NCBI GenBank assembly: GCA_964640155.1
Contig: CAZXEQ010000001.1
Coordinates: 244,303 to 276,302 of the forward strand
From: an uncultured bacterium
GTDB taxonomy: Bacteria; Auribacterota; JACPWU01
DNA: 32,000 bases
Direction of reading: 5' to 3'
How positions within the stretch are numbered: position 1 is the first letter of the stretch; every line of letters starts with the position of its first letter. The notes beneath the pieces are model-generated. The model was not told where the DNA came from. It was given only the letters and a program-made list of their open reading frames with translations, and ran no database searches. Of this stretch, positions 8,518-16,634 are shown one piece after another. Made by a program: the position numbers and the translations under genes.

Positions 8518-9935
8518 ATTTTTTAAACATCTTTTCTCATTTTAGAATTGAATTGGCCTTAAGTGCCGGAATACTCATTTTTCTTGTTTTGGATCTTTTC
8601 TTCAAAGAAAGGGGGAAACTGGGGAGTTGGTGCATCAGTTTGGTGAGCTTTCTTTTTGTCCTTCAAATTTTTAATTGGGGAAATGAAGGTGTTTTCTTTT
8701 CGGGGAGTTTTCTTCAGGATAAACTATCTCATCTCTTTAAAATCTTTTTTCTCCTCACAACATTTTTTATTTTAATCATGTCTCAAAATTATATTGAGCG
8801 ACTTGAGCGTGGCCAAGCCGAGTTCTATCTTCTAATTCTTTTGGCTGCTTTAGGCATGATTTTCATGGCGTCCGCTGGCAATTTTATTCTCCTCTTTGTT
8901 TCCTTAGAACTTATCACCGTTTCTTTCTACATTATGACCGCTTATTTAAGAACAGATCCTAAATCCACAGAAGCAGGTCTTAAATATTTGATTTTGGGAG
9001 CGCTTTCTTCAGGTTTTCTCCTTTATGGCATCAGTTTCATTTATGGCATCACCGGTAGTACCAATTTTGCTTCCATCACCGAATATTTATTACGGGAAGG
9101 ATTCTCTTCAAAAGGAGTTCTTTTCGGTTTCCTTCTGATTCTTTCAGGAATCGGATTTAAAATTGCTTCTGTCCCCTTTCAATTTTGGGTACCGGATGTC
9201 TACGAGGGAGCACCCACACCTGTCACAGCTTTTTTATCTGTAGGATCTAAAACAGCTGGCTTTTTGTTTTTCTTAAGAGTCTTGCATCTTTTCCCCCATT
9301 TTGAACATGAAAAAGCATTGCTTCTCAGCGTGCTTTCAGCAATGACATTGATTTATGGAAATTTAGGTGCTCTTCCTCAAAAGAATATTAAACGTTTACT
9401 TGGGTATTCCAGCATTGGACATGCAGGATATCTTTTAATGGGCTTAGCGTCAGGTTCACCCTTAGGAACAACTGGAGTTATTTACTATCTATTCTCTTAT
9501 CTTTTTACAAACCTGGGAGCCTTTCTTGTTGTTACTCTTGTTTCCAAAAATTCTGACACTGATGAAATAAGCCATTTCTCTGGCCTTTCTGTGCGATCTC
9601 CTCTTCTTGCAGCTGGAATGCTTATCGCACTCATGAGTTTAGCGGGGGTGCCTCCTCTTTCTGGTTTCTTTGGAAAATTTCTTTTAATCAGTTCTGTCGT
9701 TCAAAAAGGAATGATCTGGCTTGCCATTATTGGGGCTTTAAGTGTGGTCGTTTCTCTTTATTATTATCTGATGATCGTCAAACAAATGTATTTGGATAAA
9801 CCCATAGCAGATCATACGATTCCAATCAATCCCCTCACCAAAGCAGCTATCTATTTATCAATCTTCGGAATTATCTTCCTCGGAGTTTTCCAAGCACCAC
9901 TGATGAGATTGATTGCTACAACTATCAATCAATAA
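8508..9935 (+). CDS. nuoN: NADH-quinone oxidoreductase subunit N
   Basis: 475-aa antiporter-like subunit (SVPFQFWVPDVYEGAPTPVTAFLSVGSK, LLGYSSIGHAGYLLMG). Overlaps the nuoM stop by 10 nt. Last gene of the cluster. Confidence 0.92.
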   Translation: MGIDFLNIFSHFRIELALSAGILIFLVLDLFFKERGKLGSWCISLVSFLFVLQIFNWGNEGVFFSGSFLQDKLSHLFKIFFLLTTFFILIMSQNYIERLERGQAEFYLLILLAALGMIFMASAGNFILLFVSLELITVSFYIMTAYLRTDPKSTEAGLKYLILGALSSGFLLYGISFIYGITGSTNFASITEYLLREGFSSKGVLFGFLLILSGIGFKIASVPFQFWVPDVYEGAPTPVTAFLSVGSKTAGFLFFLRVLHLFPHFEHEKALLLSVLSAMTLIYGNLGALPQKNIKRLLGYSSIGHAGYLLMGLASGSPLGTTGVIYYLFSYLFTNLGAFLVVTLVSKNSDTDEISHFSGLSVRSPLLAAGMLIALMSLAGVPPLSGFFGKFLLISSVVQKGMIWLAIIGALSVVVSLYYYLMIVKQMYLDKPIADHTIPINPLTKAAIYLSIFGIIFLGVFQAPLMRLIATTINQ

Positions 9936-9957
9936 TTTCTACAAAATGTGTTGATTG

Positions 9958-10150
9958 ATTCGGGTGACCAACGAATTCTAGTCATGAATGATCGTACTCG
10001 AGTGAAAGTAACAAAAGAAAAGACACCCCATTCAGATTCATTCAAAGATGAATCAATCACGATTAGAAATCAAATTTCTTATGGGCGTTGGAATACGTAC
10101 GAGAGAAGAGAGTGAATGACTTTCGTTGGGCAGGACCCGATTCTTTTTGA
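9958..10150 (+). repeat. GC-rich structured element, copy C (long variant, about 190 nt) with identical junctions UCGGGU-GAC-CAACGA...UCGUUG-GGCAGG-ACCCGA followed by UUCUUUUU
   Basis: Read directly: tcgggtgac caacga ... tcgttg ggcagg acccga ttcttttt. The closing pair G:C of copies A/B is replaced by U:A. The second helix is a completely different but complementary sequence. The interior retains CCCCAU...AUGGG and a GAUUCAU/AUGAAUC hairpin. It fills the convergent gap between nuoN and leuD. Confidence 0.55.
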
Positions 10151-10181
10151 AGAGATACAACTACAACGAATAAATTAATTT

Positions 10182-10814
10182 CTATCTCTGCACGTTATGA
10201 TGCTTTTCAAACGCAGTAATATCCTTCTCATGTTGAAGCGTAATACCAATATCATCTAAACCATGAATCAGGCGATGTTTGATGGCAGGATCGATTTCAA
10301 AATGAAATGAGATTTCTTCAGATAAGTGGAGGGTAACACTCTGATGTTCAAGATTCACAGAAGCTTCCAAGCCCTTGAATCGAGATACCATTTGAAAGAT
10401 TTCTTCAACTTCGGCTTCTTTTAACTCAATCGTCAAAAGACCATTTTTTAAACTGTTATTTCTAAAAATATCTGCAAAGCCAGGAATAAAACTTCCATCA
10501 CGGTCAACACTGGGTGCAATTACCACATGAAAACCGTACTGGTCAATGGCCCATACCGCATGTTCACGACTTGAACCACAACCAAAATTATTCCGAGCCA
10601 CTAAAATCGTAGCACCTTTAAAACGATCTTCATTCAATTCAAACTTTGGATTAAGTTTTCCATCAGGCAAATATCTCCAATCATGAAAAAGATGTTCACC
10701 AAAACCCGTACGCGTAATCTTTTTCAAGAATTGTTTAGCAATAATCTGATCTGTATCCACATTGGCTTTGTCCAATGTTGCGATCAAACCCCGATGATTT
10801 TTAAATGATTTCAT
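10182..10814 (-). CDS. leuD: 3-isopropylmalate dehydratase small subunit
   Basis: Typical LeuD sequence ([43 protein letters not shown]). ATG at 10814 lies 5 nt after the leuC stop. The track start TTG 10829 would overlap leuC. Confidence 0.9.
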   Translation of the reverse strand: MKSFKNHRGLIATLDKANVDTDQIIAKQFLKKITRTGFGEHLFHDWRYLPDGKLNPKFELNEDRFKGATILVARNNFGCGSSREHAVWAIDQYGFHVVIAPSVDRDGSFIPGFADIFRNNSLKNGLLTIELKEAEVEEIFQMVSRFKGLEASVNLEHQSVTLHLSEEISFHFEIDPAIKHRLIHGLDDIGITLQHEKDITAFEKHHNVQR

Positions 10815-10819
10815 TTCTA

Positions 10820-12220
10820 TTATTTCCAATTTCTTATATCGACAAAATGTCCAGCGATAGCAGCCGCAGCAGCCATTTCAGGACTGACCAAATGCGTACG
10901 TCCACCTTTGCCCTGACGACCTTCAAAATTTCTGTTCGAAGTAGAAGCAGAGCGCTCTTGAGGCTTCAATTGATCTGGATTCATTCCCAAACACATGCTG
11001 CAACCTGCAAAACGCCATTCGCATCCTGCTGCTAGAAAAATCTCATGCAATCCTTCTGATTCAGCTTGATGGCGAACCTTTTCGGATCCAGGAACAATGA
11101 GGGTTTTTACATTCTTAGCAACTTTCTTACCCTTGAAAATCTTAGCCGCAGTTCTCAAATCCTCGATACGCCCATTCGTACAACTTCCAATAAAAACAGT
11201 ATCTACTTTAATATCTTCCATGGGCATACCAGGTTTAAGACCCATATATTCTAATGCCTGTTCCACATCTTTCTTAGCATAACCCGGAACACGATCTGGC
11301 TCAGGGACACGGTTGGTAATATCTGTAACCATTCCCGGACTAGTTCCCCAAGTCACTTGAGGAGCCAATGCTGATGCATCCATATGAAGTTCACGATCAA
11401 ATTTTGCATCAGGATCCGACGGCAAAGTTTTCCAAAATGCGATCGCTCTTTCTAGGGCTTCTGCTTTTGGTGCAAAGGGCCGCTCTACTTTTCTAAAATA
11501 ATCAAAAGTGATTTCATCAGGCGCAATCAAACCAGCCCTGGCACCTGCTTCAATACTCATATTGCAAACAGTCATGCGTGCTTCCATGGAAAGACTTCGA
11601 ATGGCTTCTCCCATATATTCCAAAACATAACCGGTTGCACCTGCTGTTCCAATTTGGCCAATCAGTTTTAAAATCATATCTTTGGCCGTAACATAAGGCT
11701 TTAACTTTCCAGAAAATTCTACTTTGAAAGTTTTGGCTTTTTTCTGAGGCAAACATTGCGTGGCCAGCACATGCTCCACTTCCGAGGTTCCAATTCCAAA
11801 AGCCAAAGCCCCAAACGCCCCATGCGTAGATGTATGAGAATCTCCGCAAACAATAGTCGTTCCAGGAAGCGTAATCCCGAGTTCTGGGCCAATGACATGC
11901 ACAATTCCCTGGCGATCACTCCCAAGCTCATAAAGCGTAATTCCAAATTCTTTGCAATTTTTGGAAAGGGCTTCGATTTGAGCCTTTGAAATAGGGTCTT
12001 TAATTTCAGAACGAGAATCAGTTGGAACATTATGATCCATCGTGGCAAAAGTAAGCTCTGGACGACGTGCTTTTCGGTGTGTCATACGAAGTCCATCGAA
12101 AGCTTGAGGGCTTGTCACTTCATGCACCAAATGCCGATCAATATAGATCAGTACTGTACCATCAGGTAAAGTACTAACCACATGCTGATCCCAAATTTTT
12201 TGAAAAAGTGTTTTTGACAT
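10820..12220 (-). CDS. leuC: 3-isopropylmalate dehydratase large subunit
   Basis: 466 aa of the aconitase family ([58 protein letters not shown]). Confidence 0.95.
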   Translation of the reverse strand: MSKTLFQKIWDQHVVSTLPDGTVLIYIDRHLVHEVTSPQAFDGLRMTHRKARRPELTFATMDHNVPTDSRSEIKDPISKAQIEALSKNCKEFGITLYELGSDRQGIVHVIGPELGITLPGTTIVCGDSHTSTHGAFGALAFGIGTSEVEHVLATQCLPQKKAKTFKVEFSGKLKPYVTAKDMILKLIGQIGTAGATGYVLEYMGEAIRSLSMEARMTVCNMSIEAGARAGLIAPDEITFDYFRKVERPFAPKAEALERAIAFWKTLPSDPDAKFDRELHMDASALAPQVTWGTSPGMVTDITNRVPEPDRVPGYAKKDVEQALEYMGLKPGMPMEDIKVDTVFIGSCTNGRIEDLRTAAKIFKGKKVAKNVKTLIVPGSEKVRHQAESEGLHEIFLAAGCEWRFAGCSMCLGMNPDQLKPQERSASTSNRNFEGRQGKGGRTHLVSPEMAAAAAIAGHFVDIRNWK

Positions 12221-12282
12221 AAGGAGGATAGTGTACCTAAAAAAATATGGTTCGTATATCGTATTTTTAGGTCATTTTACAC

Positions 12283-13653
12283 TTATTTTTGATTAGCTAA
12301 GCCTTCCAAAAAATGTACCATGCTTAAAATTCCCTTATGAAAATTCTCAAGGTTTAACTTCTCATTAGGAGCATGTGCATTTTCATCAGGCAGGCCAAAA
12401 CCCAGAAGAACACAGGGTTTCTTCAAAACTTCAGAGATAGTTCTTACAAAAGGAATGGTACCCCCTTCACGAATAAAATAAGTTTTCTTACCAAAGGCTT
12501 TTTCTAAAGCATGTTGCGCCACTTTTAAAACGGGCTGATCCATATCTTCCAAAAATGCTTTGGATCCGTGATGTTCGGTTACTTTAACTCGAACTGTTTT
12601 AGGTGCAATGCTTTCAACATATTTCTTAAAACATTTCGAAATTTTCTTGGGATCTTGATCAGGAACCAAGCGCATGCTGATTTTCGCACTTGCTTTAGCT
12701 GGAATAATGGTTTTAGACCCTTCCCCACTAAAACCCCCAAAAATTCCATTTACATCCAAGGTAGGCCTTGCCCAGATTCTCTCTAAAGGGACATAACCTT
12801 TTTCTCCTGTCAACTCAGGCACCCCAGTCAACTTCAAAAATTTCTTATCCGAATAAGGAAGACTGCGAAGCATTTTCTTTTCCTTGGTAGATAAGGCCCA
12901 AACATCATCATAAAATCCAGGAATCAAAACTTTTCCATTTTTATCTTTCAACTGGGCTAGAATTTTAGCCAAAGCAAGTGCTGGATTATCCACAACCCCA
13001 CCCCAAATACCCGAATGCAAATCCTGAAAAGGTCCACTTACTTCTAGCTCTACATAACAAAGACCCCGCAAGCCATAACAAACAGAAGGCATCCCTTTAT
13101 CCAACATTGGAGTATCTGAAATCACAATCGTGTCAGCTTTAAGCAACTCTTTATGTTTTTTCAAAAATGTATTTAAACTTGGGCTTCCTATTTCCTCTTC
13201 ACCCTCTATAAAAATTTTGACATTGACTGGCAATTTCCCTCGAGTTTTTAAGAAGGCTTCTACTGCTGAAAGATGAATATAAACCTGCCCCTTATCATCA
13301 ATCGCTCCGCGCGCGAATAATTCTCCATTACGAATCGTCGGTTCAAAAGGAGGTGTAACCCATTCATTCAAGGGATCTACGGGTTGAACATCATAATGAC
13401 CATAAATCAAAACGGTAGGTTGACCTGGAGCATTAAGCCACTCTCCATAGACAATGGGGTGACGCTCTGTTTTAAAAACTTCTACACAATCCAAGCCCCA
13501 ATTTTTAAGTTTTTCAGCAATAAAATCAGCACACCGCGCCACTTCTTGAACATGATTTGGACTCACACTGATGCTTGGAATTCTTAAACATGCATTTAAA
13601 TTTTCAATAAACTCTTTTTGATGCGTATTGACATAGGAAAGGACTTCTTGCAT
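12283..13653 (-). CDS. M20-family metallopeptidase (dipeptidase/ArgE-DapE-CPG2 superfamily)
   Basis: 456 aa with M20 motifs (LIYGHYDVQPV, ARGAIDDKGQ, EGEEEIGSP). Substrate not inferable. Confidence 0.85.
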   Translation of the reverse strand: MQEVLSYVNTHQKEFIENLNACLRIPSISVSPNHVQEVARCADFIAEKLKNWGLDCVEVFKTERHPIVYGEWLNAPGQPTVLIYGHYDVQPVDPLNEWVTPPFEPTIRNGELFARGAIDDKGQVYIHLSAVEAFLKTRGKLPVNVKIFIEGEEEIGSPSLNTFLKKHKELLKADTIVISDTPMLDKGMPSVCYGLRGLCYVELEVSGPFQDLHSGIWGGVVDNPALALAKILAQLKDKNGKVLIPGFYDDVWALSTKEKKMLRSLPYSDKKFLKLTGVPELTGEKGYVPLERIWARPTLDVNGIFGGFSGEGSKTIIPAKASAKISMRLVPDQDPKKISKCFKKYVESIAPKTVRVKVTEHHGSKAFLEDMDQPVLKVAQHALEKAFGKKTYFIREGGTIPFVRTISEVLKKPCVLLGFGLPDENAHAPNEKLNLENFHKGILSMVHFLEGLANQK

Positions 13654-13679
13654 ATCACTTTAATTCCTTCTAAAAATTT

Positions 13680-13934
13680 CTACCTATAGATTTCTCTACG
13701 ATGTCCCACCCGATACACTCGGATAAGCTTCGAGGTATCAGCAATTGTATAAAGAATCCGATAATCTCCTCGACGAATACGATAACCCTCCTGGCCCGAC
13801 AATTTTTTTGATCCGATAGGACGAGGATTTTCTTGAAGCGAATCTAGAGCTAGCCAAACCTTTTTAACGATCTCCTCTGGAAGTTCGAAAATCTCTTTTT
13901 TGGCTTTTGCTTCAATTTGAATACGATATTTCAA
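13680..13934 (-). CDS. type II toxin, RelE/ParE superfamily
   Basis: 84 aa with the typical pattern (KKEIFELPEEIVKKVWLALDSLQENPRP...LSGQEGYRIRRGDYRILYTI...IRVYRVGHRREIY). Its start overlaps the upstream antitoxin stop by 4 nt. Confidence 0.85.
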   Translation of the reverse strand: MKYRIQIEAKAKKEIFELPEEIVKKVWLALDSLQENPRPIGSKKLSGQEGYRIRRGDYRILYTIADTSKLIRVYRVGHRREIYR

Positions 13935-14164
13935 ATTCGCCCCTTCTTCTTTAACTCTCTTTTAACATCATCCCAATTATAGAAAGTAGCGCCTTCCTTC
14001 TCGGCTTCTTGAAGATCGTACGCATCCAAAATATCTTCTAATTTTTCTCTCAAAGCAGATTCCACGACAAAATTTTTGCGTAAACCAAACCTTTTACAAA
14101 CCTGATCTAATGTTTTTGTCACATCTAGAGGAAGTTTAGTCGCAAGCACATGCAAAGCATGCAT
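13931..14164 (-). CDS. type II antitoxin (probable ribbon-helix-helix DNA-binding domain)
   Basis: 77-aa ORF immediately upstream of and overlapping the toxin gene, preceded by AAGGAG. It has a charged C-terminal half. The fold assignment is inference from size and context. Confidence 0.7.
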   Translation of the reverse strand: MHALHVLATKLPLDVTKTLDQVCKRFGLRKNFVVESALREKLEDILDAYDLQEAEKEGATFYNWDDVKRELKKKGRI

Positions 14165-14184
14165 AAAAAGCTCCTTTCTTATAC

Positions 14185-14204
14185 TTATCTTACTTTATCT
14201 TACT
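14185..14204. promoter_or_regulatory. tandem direct repeat TTATCTTACT x2, candidate operator of the toxin-antitoxin promoter
   Basis: A perfect 10-bp tandem duplication read directly, 20-40 nt upstream of the antitoxin ATG on the minus strand. Type II TA operons are commonly autoregulated through repeats at this position. Function is inferred. Confidence 0.35.
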
Positions 14205-14284
14205 AAAGTTATACTTTATATTCAATCCTATAAATTATTCACATATTGTACTGATCAAATGGAGGTGTATAATATAGGAGATAT

Positions 14285-15163
14285 ATGTACTCTGGACGTG
14301 ACACCATCATTATTCCTCCACCCCAGGCTTCTCAAGGCCGAAACAACGAAAGCGCCTGCTTAGTCATTATCTCTGGAAATCCTATTGGAAAAGTTTTCTT
14401 TCTAGAAAAAGAAAATATCATCGGAAGATCTGAAGAAGATACGGTCTACCTAGCAGACCCCTCCATTTCACGTATTCATGCAAAATTAAATTTTCATGAA
14501 GGCCAATGGCAACTTCAAGACATGGGAAGCAGTAATGGAACGCATGTCAATTTCTCTAAGATTACAGAAAAAATTTTACAGGGAGGAGAAACCCTTACGG
14601 TTGGAGCAACTTCATTAAAATTCTTAGTCGCCAATAAAATTGAAAAAGATTTTTACGAACGTGTTTTCAATATGACTTCCAAAGACGCTTTGACGGAGGC
14701 TTTCACAAAATCTTTTCTCTTGGAAATTGTAGCAAGTGAATTTGCTCGTGCACTCCTTCACCAAAAACCTCTTTCCTTTTGCATGATGGACCTAGACAAT
14801 TTCAAAAATTGCAATGATCAATATGGACATTTAGCAGGAGATTTCATTTTAAAAGAGTGGATTAATCTTTTACGTCAAAGCATTCGTTCTTCAGATATTT
14901 TGGGCCGCTTTGGAGGAGAAGAATTTGGGCTTCTTTTACCAAACCAAACACTTGCTCAAGCTGAACAAACGATCAAACGTCTCATGCAAAAAACTCACGG
15001 ACATACTTTTACTTATGAAGGGGAGGTAATTTCCATTACTTTCAGCGCAGGTCTTTCAACATTAGAGCCACAAATTCATGATTTTGAAAATTTGCTCAAA
15101 AAAGCAGATGAGAATCTATATAAAGCAAAGGCAAAGGGAAGAAATTGTTATGTATCAAGATAG
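14285..15163 (+). CDS. FHA-domain diguanylate cyclase (FHA + GGDEF)
   Basis: The N-terminal FHA domain reads IGRSEEDTVYLADPSISRIHAKL...MGSSNGTHVN. The C-terminal GGDEF domain has active site GGEEF and an RSSD (RxxD) inhibitory site five residues upstream. RBS AGGAG precedes the ATG. Confidence 0.9.
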   Translation: MYSGRDTIIIPPPQASQGRNNESACLVIISGNPIGKVFFLEKENIIGRSEEDTVYLADPSISRIHAKLNFHEGQWQLQDMGSSNGTHVNFSKITEKILQGGETLTVGATSLKFLVANKIEKDFYERVFNMTSKDALTEAFTKSFLLEIVASEFARALLHQKPLSFCMMDLDNFKNCNDQYGHLAGDFILKEWINLLRQSIRSSDILGRFGGEEFGLLLPNQTLAQAEQTIKRLMQKTHGHTFTYEGEVISITFSAGLSTLEPQIHDFENLLKKADENLYKAKAKGRNCYVSR

Positions 15164-15168
15164 TAATA

Positions 15169-15215
15169 AGTCATAAGTTGTAAGGTATAAACAGATTATT
15201 CTTTACTTACGACTT
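15169..15215. terminator. imperfect hairpin between convergent genes (possible bidirectional terminator)
   Basis: aagtcataagt...acttacgactt arms pair (11 bp with one mismatch, plus 4 more bp after a bulge). There is no clear U tract. It sits between the GGDEF stop and the stop of the 124-aa ORF. Confidence 0.25.
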
Positions 15216-15220
15216 ACCTC

Positions 15221-15595
15221 TTATAACTGCTTTTCAACCACATCCACCGCTACCATCGAAGAACTTCCGGCGACAACACCAATGGGACGACCTTGAATAT
15301 GAATTCTATCACCAGGCTTAAGCATTAAAAGAAATTCCTTTGCATCTTCGGAAATATAAAAACGAACAGGAATACTTTCACATTCTAAAAGCATCATTTC
15401 TTTTTGAGTTTGATCTAATACATGCGGAGAAGGAGATTCTTCAAAAGATTCAAAAACACCTTCGTAATGGAGCGTATCTGACCTTGAAGCTTGATTGCCT
15501 ACTGCATTTCTCCAACATGGGCGGCCTTCTTCTGCATACAAAGGCAAAACCCATATCGAAACTCCTAAACTCAAAAGATAAAAGATCTTTTTCAC
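15221..15595 (-). CDS. hypothetical secreted protein (signal peptide)
   Basis: 124 aa with N-terminal MKKIFYLLSLGVSIWVLPLYAEE, typical of a Sec signal peptide. Its start overlaps the rluA-like stop by 4 nt (ATGA). No family recognised. Confidence 0.6.
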   Translation of the reverse strand: MKKIFYLLSLGVSIWVLPLYAEEGRPCWRNAVGNQASRSDTLHYEGVFESFEESPSPHVLDQTQKEMMLLECESIPVRFYISEDAKEFLLMLKPGDRIHIQGRPIGVVAGSSSMVAVDVVEKQL

Positions 15596-16407
15596 AATGA
15601 ATCCTCATCATCAGTATCTTCAACCTCATCGATAGGTTCCAAAGGTGAAATAGGGACGGGGCTTCGCCACACCAATCTTGCCCAAAATTTACGTAAGTAT
15701 TTCAAGAAAATGACAAAATCTTTAGGCAAGGGAGCTTCTACCGTAAAAGAATTTTCTTCTAAATCAAGAAAGGTCAATGACCTCGCATGTAAGGCAAGAC
15801 GCCCCATCAAAGGTTTTTCTGGCTCCTTCTCTTTTCGTTTGTAAAAACGTTTCATTTCAGAAAGATAATAGGCTTTACCTGAACCATACCAGGGATCACA
15901 AATAACAGGACAACCTAAAGATTTCATATGCACACGAATTTGATGTTGTCGCCCTGTAAGAGGATGCACCTTTAGATAAGTGACCCCTTTAAAGCGCTCC
16001 AAAACTTCATATTCTGTGAGGGCATCTTTGGCAGCTTTTCCTTTAATCACCATACGACCTGGCTGTTTTGGACTTTCTGAAAGACTCAGATGAATACTCC
16101 CTTTATCCTCAGGAATATCCCCTTCTGTAAATACGTCATAAAATTTTTCTACGTGCCGCCCCTGAAATTGCTTTTCTAAATGGGTTCTTGCCTTTGCTGT
16201 TTTAGCAAATAAAATAATGCCGCTAGCATCTCTATCCAATCGATGAACAGGCCAAGCCACTTTTCCCAAATATTCTTGAACTCGTCCCATCAATGTAGGC
16301 TCATCTTTATCCCATCGATCTCTAACCACCAAAAGTCCAGAAGGCTTATCTAGCGCTAGAAAGGTTTCATTTTCGTGAATAATGCTTAATGGATTGATTA
16401 TTTTCAT
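15592..16407 (-). CDS. RluA-family pseudouridine synthase (no S4 domain, acidic C-terminal tail)
   Basis: Catalytic motif HRLDRDASGIILFAKT, then HQIRVHM. The C-terminus is IDEVEDTDDEDSL. Confidence 0.88.
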   Translation of the reverse strand: MKIINPLSIIHENETFLALDKPSGLLVVRDRWDKDEPTLMGRVQEYLGKVAWPVHRLDRDASGIILFAKTAKARTHLEKQFQGRHVEKFYDVFTEGDIPEDKGSIHLSLSESPKQPGRMVIKGKAAKDALTEYEVLERFKGVTYLKVHPLTGRQHQIRVHMKSLGCPVICDPWYGSGKAYYLSEMKRFYKRKEKEPEKPLMGRLALHARSLTFLDLEENSFTVEAPLPKDFVIFLKYLRKFWARLVWRSPVPISPLEPIDEVEDTDDEDSL

Positions 16408-16491
16408 GGGCCAGATAATACCCTAAAATTGGTCATAAATATAGGGAAATAAAGAAGTTATGAAACCTAAAATAAAGATTTTTAAATATGA

Positions 16492-16545
16492 TTGACACCA
16501 CAATATATTGTATTATATATTAACAACATACACTAAATATTGTGG
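16492..16545 (+). promoter_or_regulatory. nrdJ promoter (TTGACA, then TATATA/TATATT about 16-18 nt downstream) overlapped by two NrdR boxes
   Basis: TTGACA lies at 16492-16497. Box 1 is ccACAATATATTGTat, with a perfect 12-bp palindrome at 16500-16511. Box 2 is ACACTAAATATTGTGG at 16530-16545. The centres are 32 bp apart. Both match the published NrdR-box consensus acaCwAtATaTwGtgt and the usual tandem spacing of about three helical turns. Confidence 0.65.
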
Positions 16546-16634
16546 TTTTATCATTTAAAGCGTGAAAGGGGGAAGCGCTATTTTTTGCCCTAAAATCTAA
16601 ATTCCAATTATAACCTTTAAACCGGGGGGTTAAG

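Noticed and set aside
10805-12048. Antisense and alternative-frame ORFs inside leuC (10805..11035, 11066..11254, 11097..11282, 11550..11849, 11719..12048, 11756..11989)
   Set aside because: All are nested in or antisense to a gene with unambiguous LeuC homology along its full length. They have low-complexity or odd composition and no RBS.
13457-13466. GGGTGACGCT 10-mer identical to the 5' core of element A, inside the M20 peptidase gene
   Set aside because: No matching GGCAGGACCC partner or complementary stems occur nearby. The region is in frame within a well-conserved coding sequence (TERHPIVYGEW). I treat it as a chance match.
14246-14273. TTGTAC - 16 nt - TATAAT promoter for the FHA-GGDEF gene
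   Set aside because: The hexamers are good, but the predicted transcription start would fall inside or after the AGGAG ribosome-binding site, only about 5 nt before the ATG. AT-rich DNA yields many TATAAT strings, with similar ones overlapping the mutY and decarboxylase track starts. I did not report it as a feature.
16558-16587. Cobalamin riboswitch or attenuator in the nrdJ leader
   Set aside because: Only a 4-5 bp AGCG/CGCU stem followed by U6 is present. There is no B12-box-like sequence, and the leader (about 90 nt) is too short for a cobalamin aptamer.
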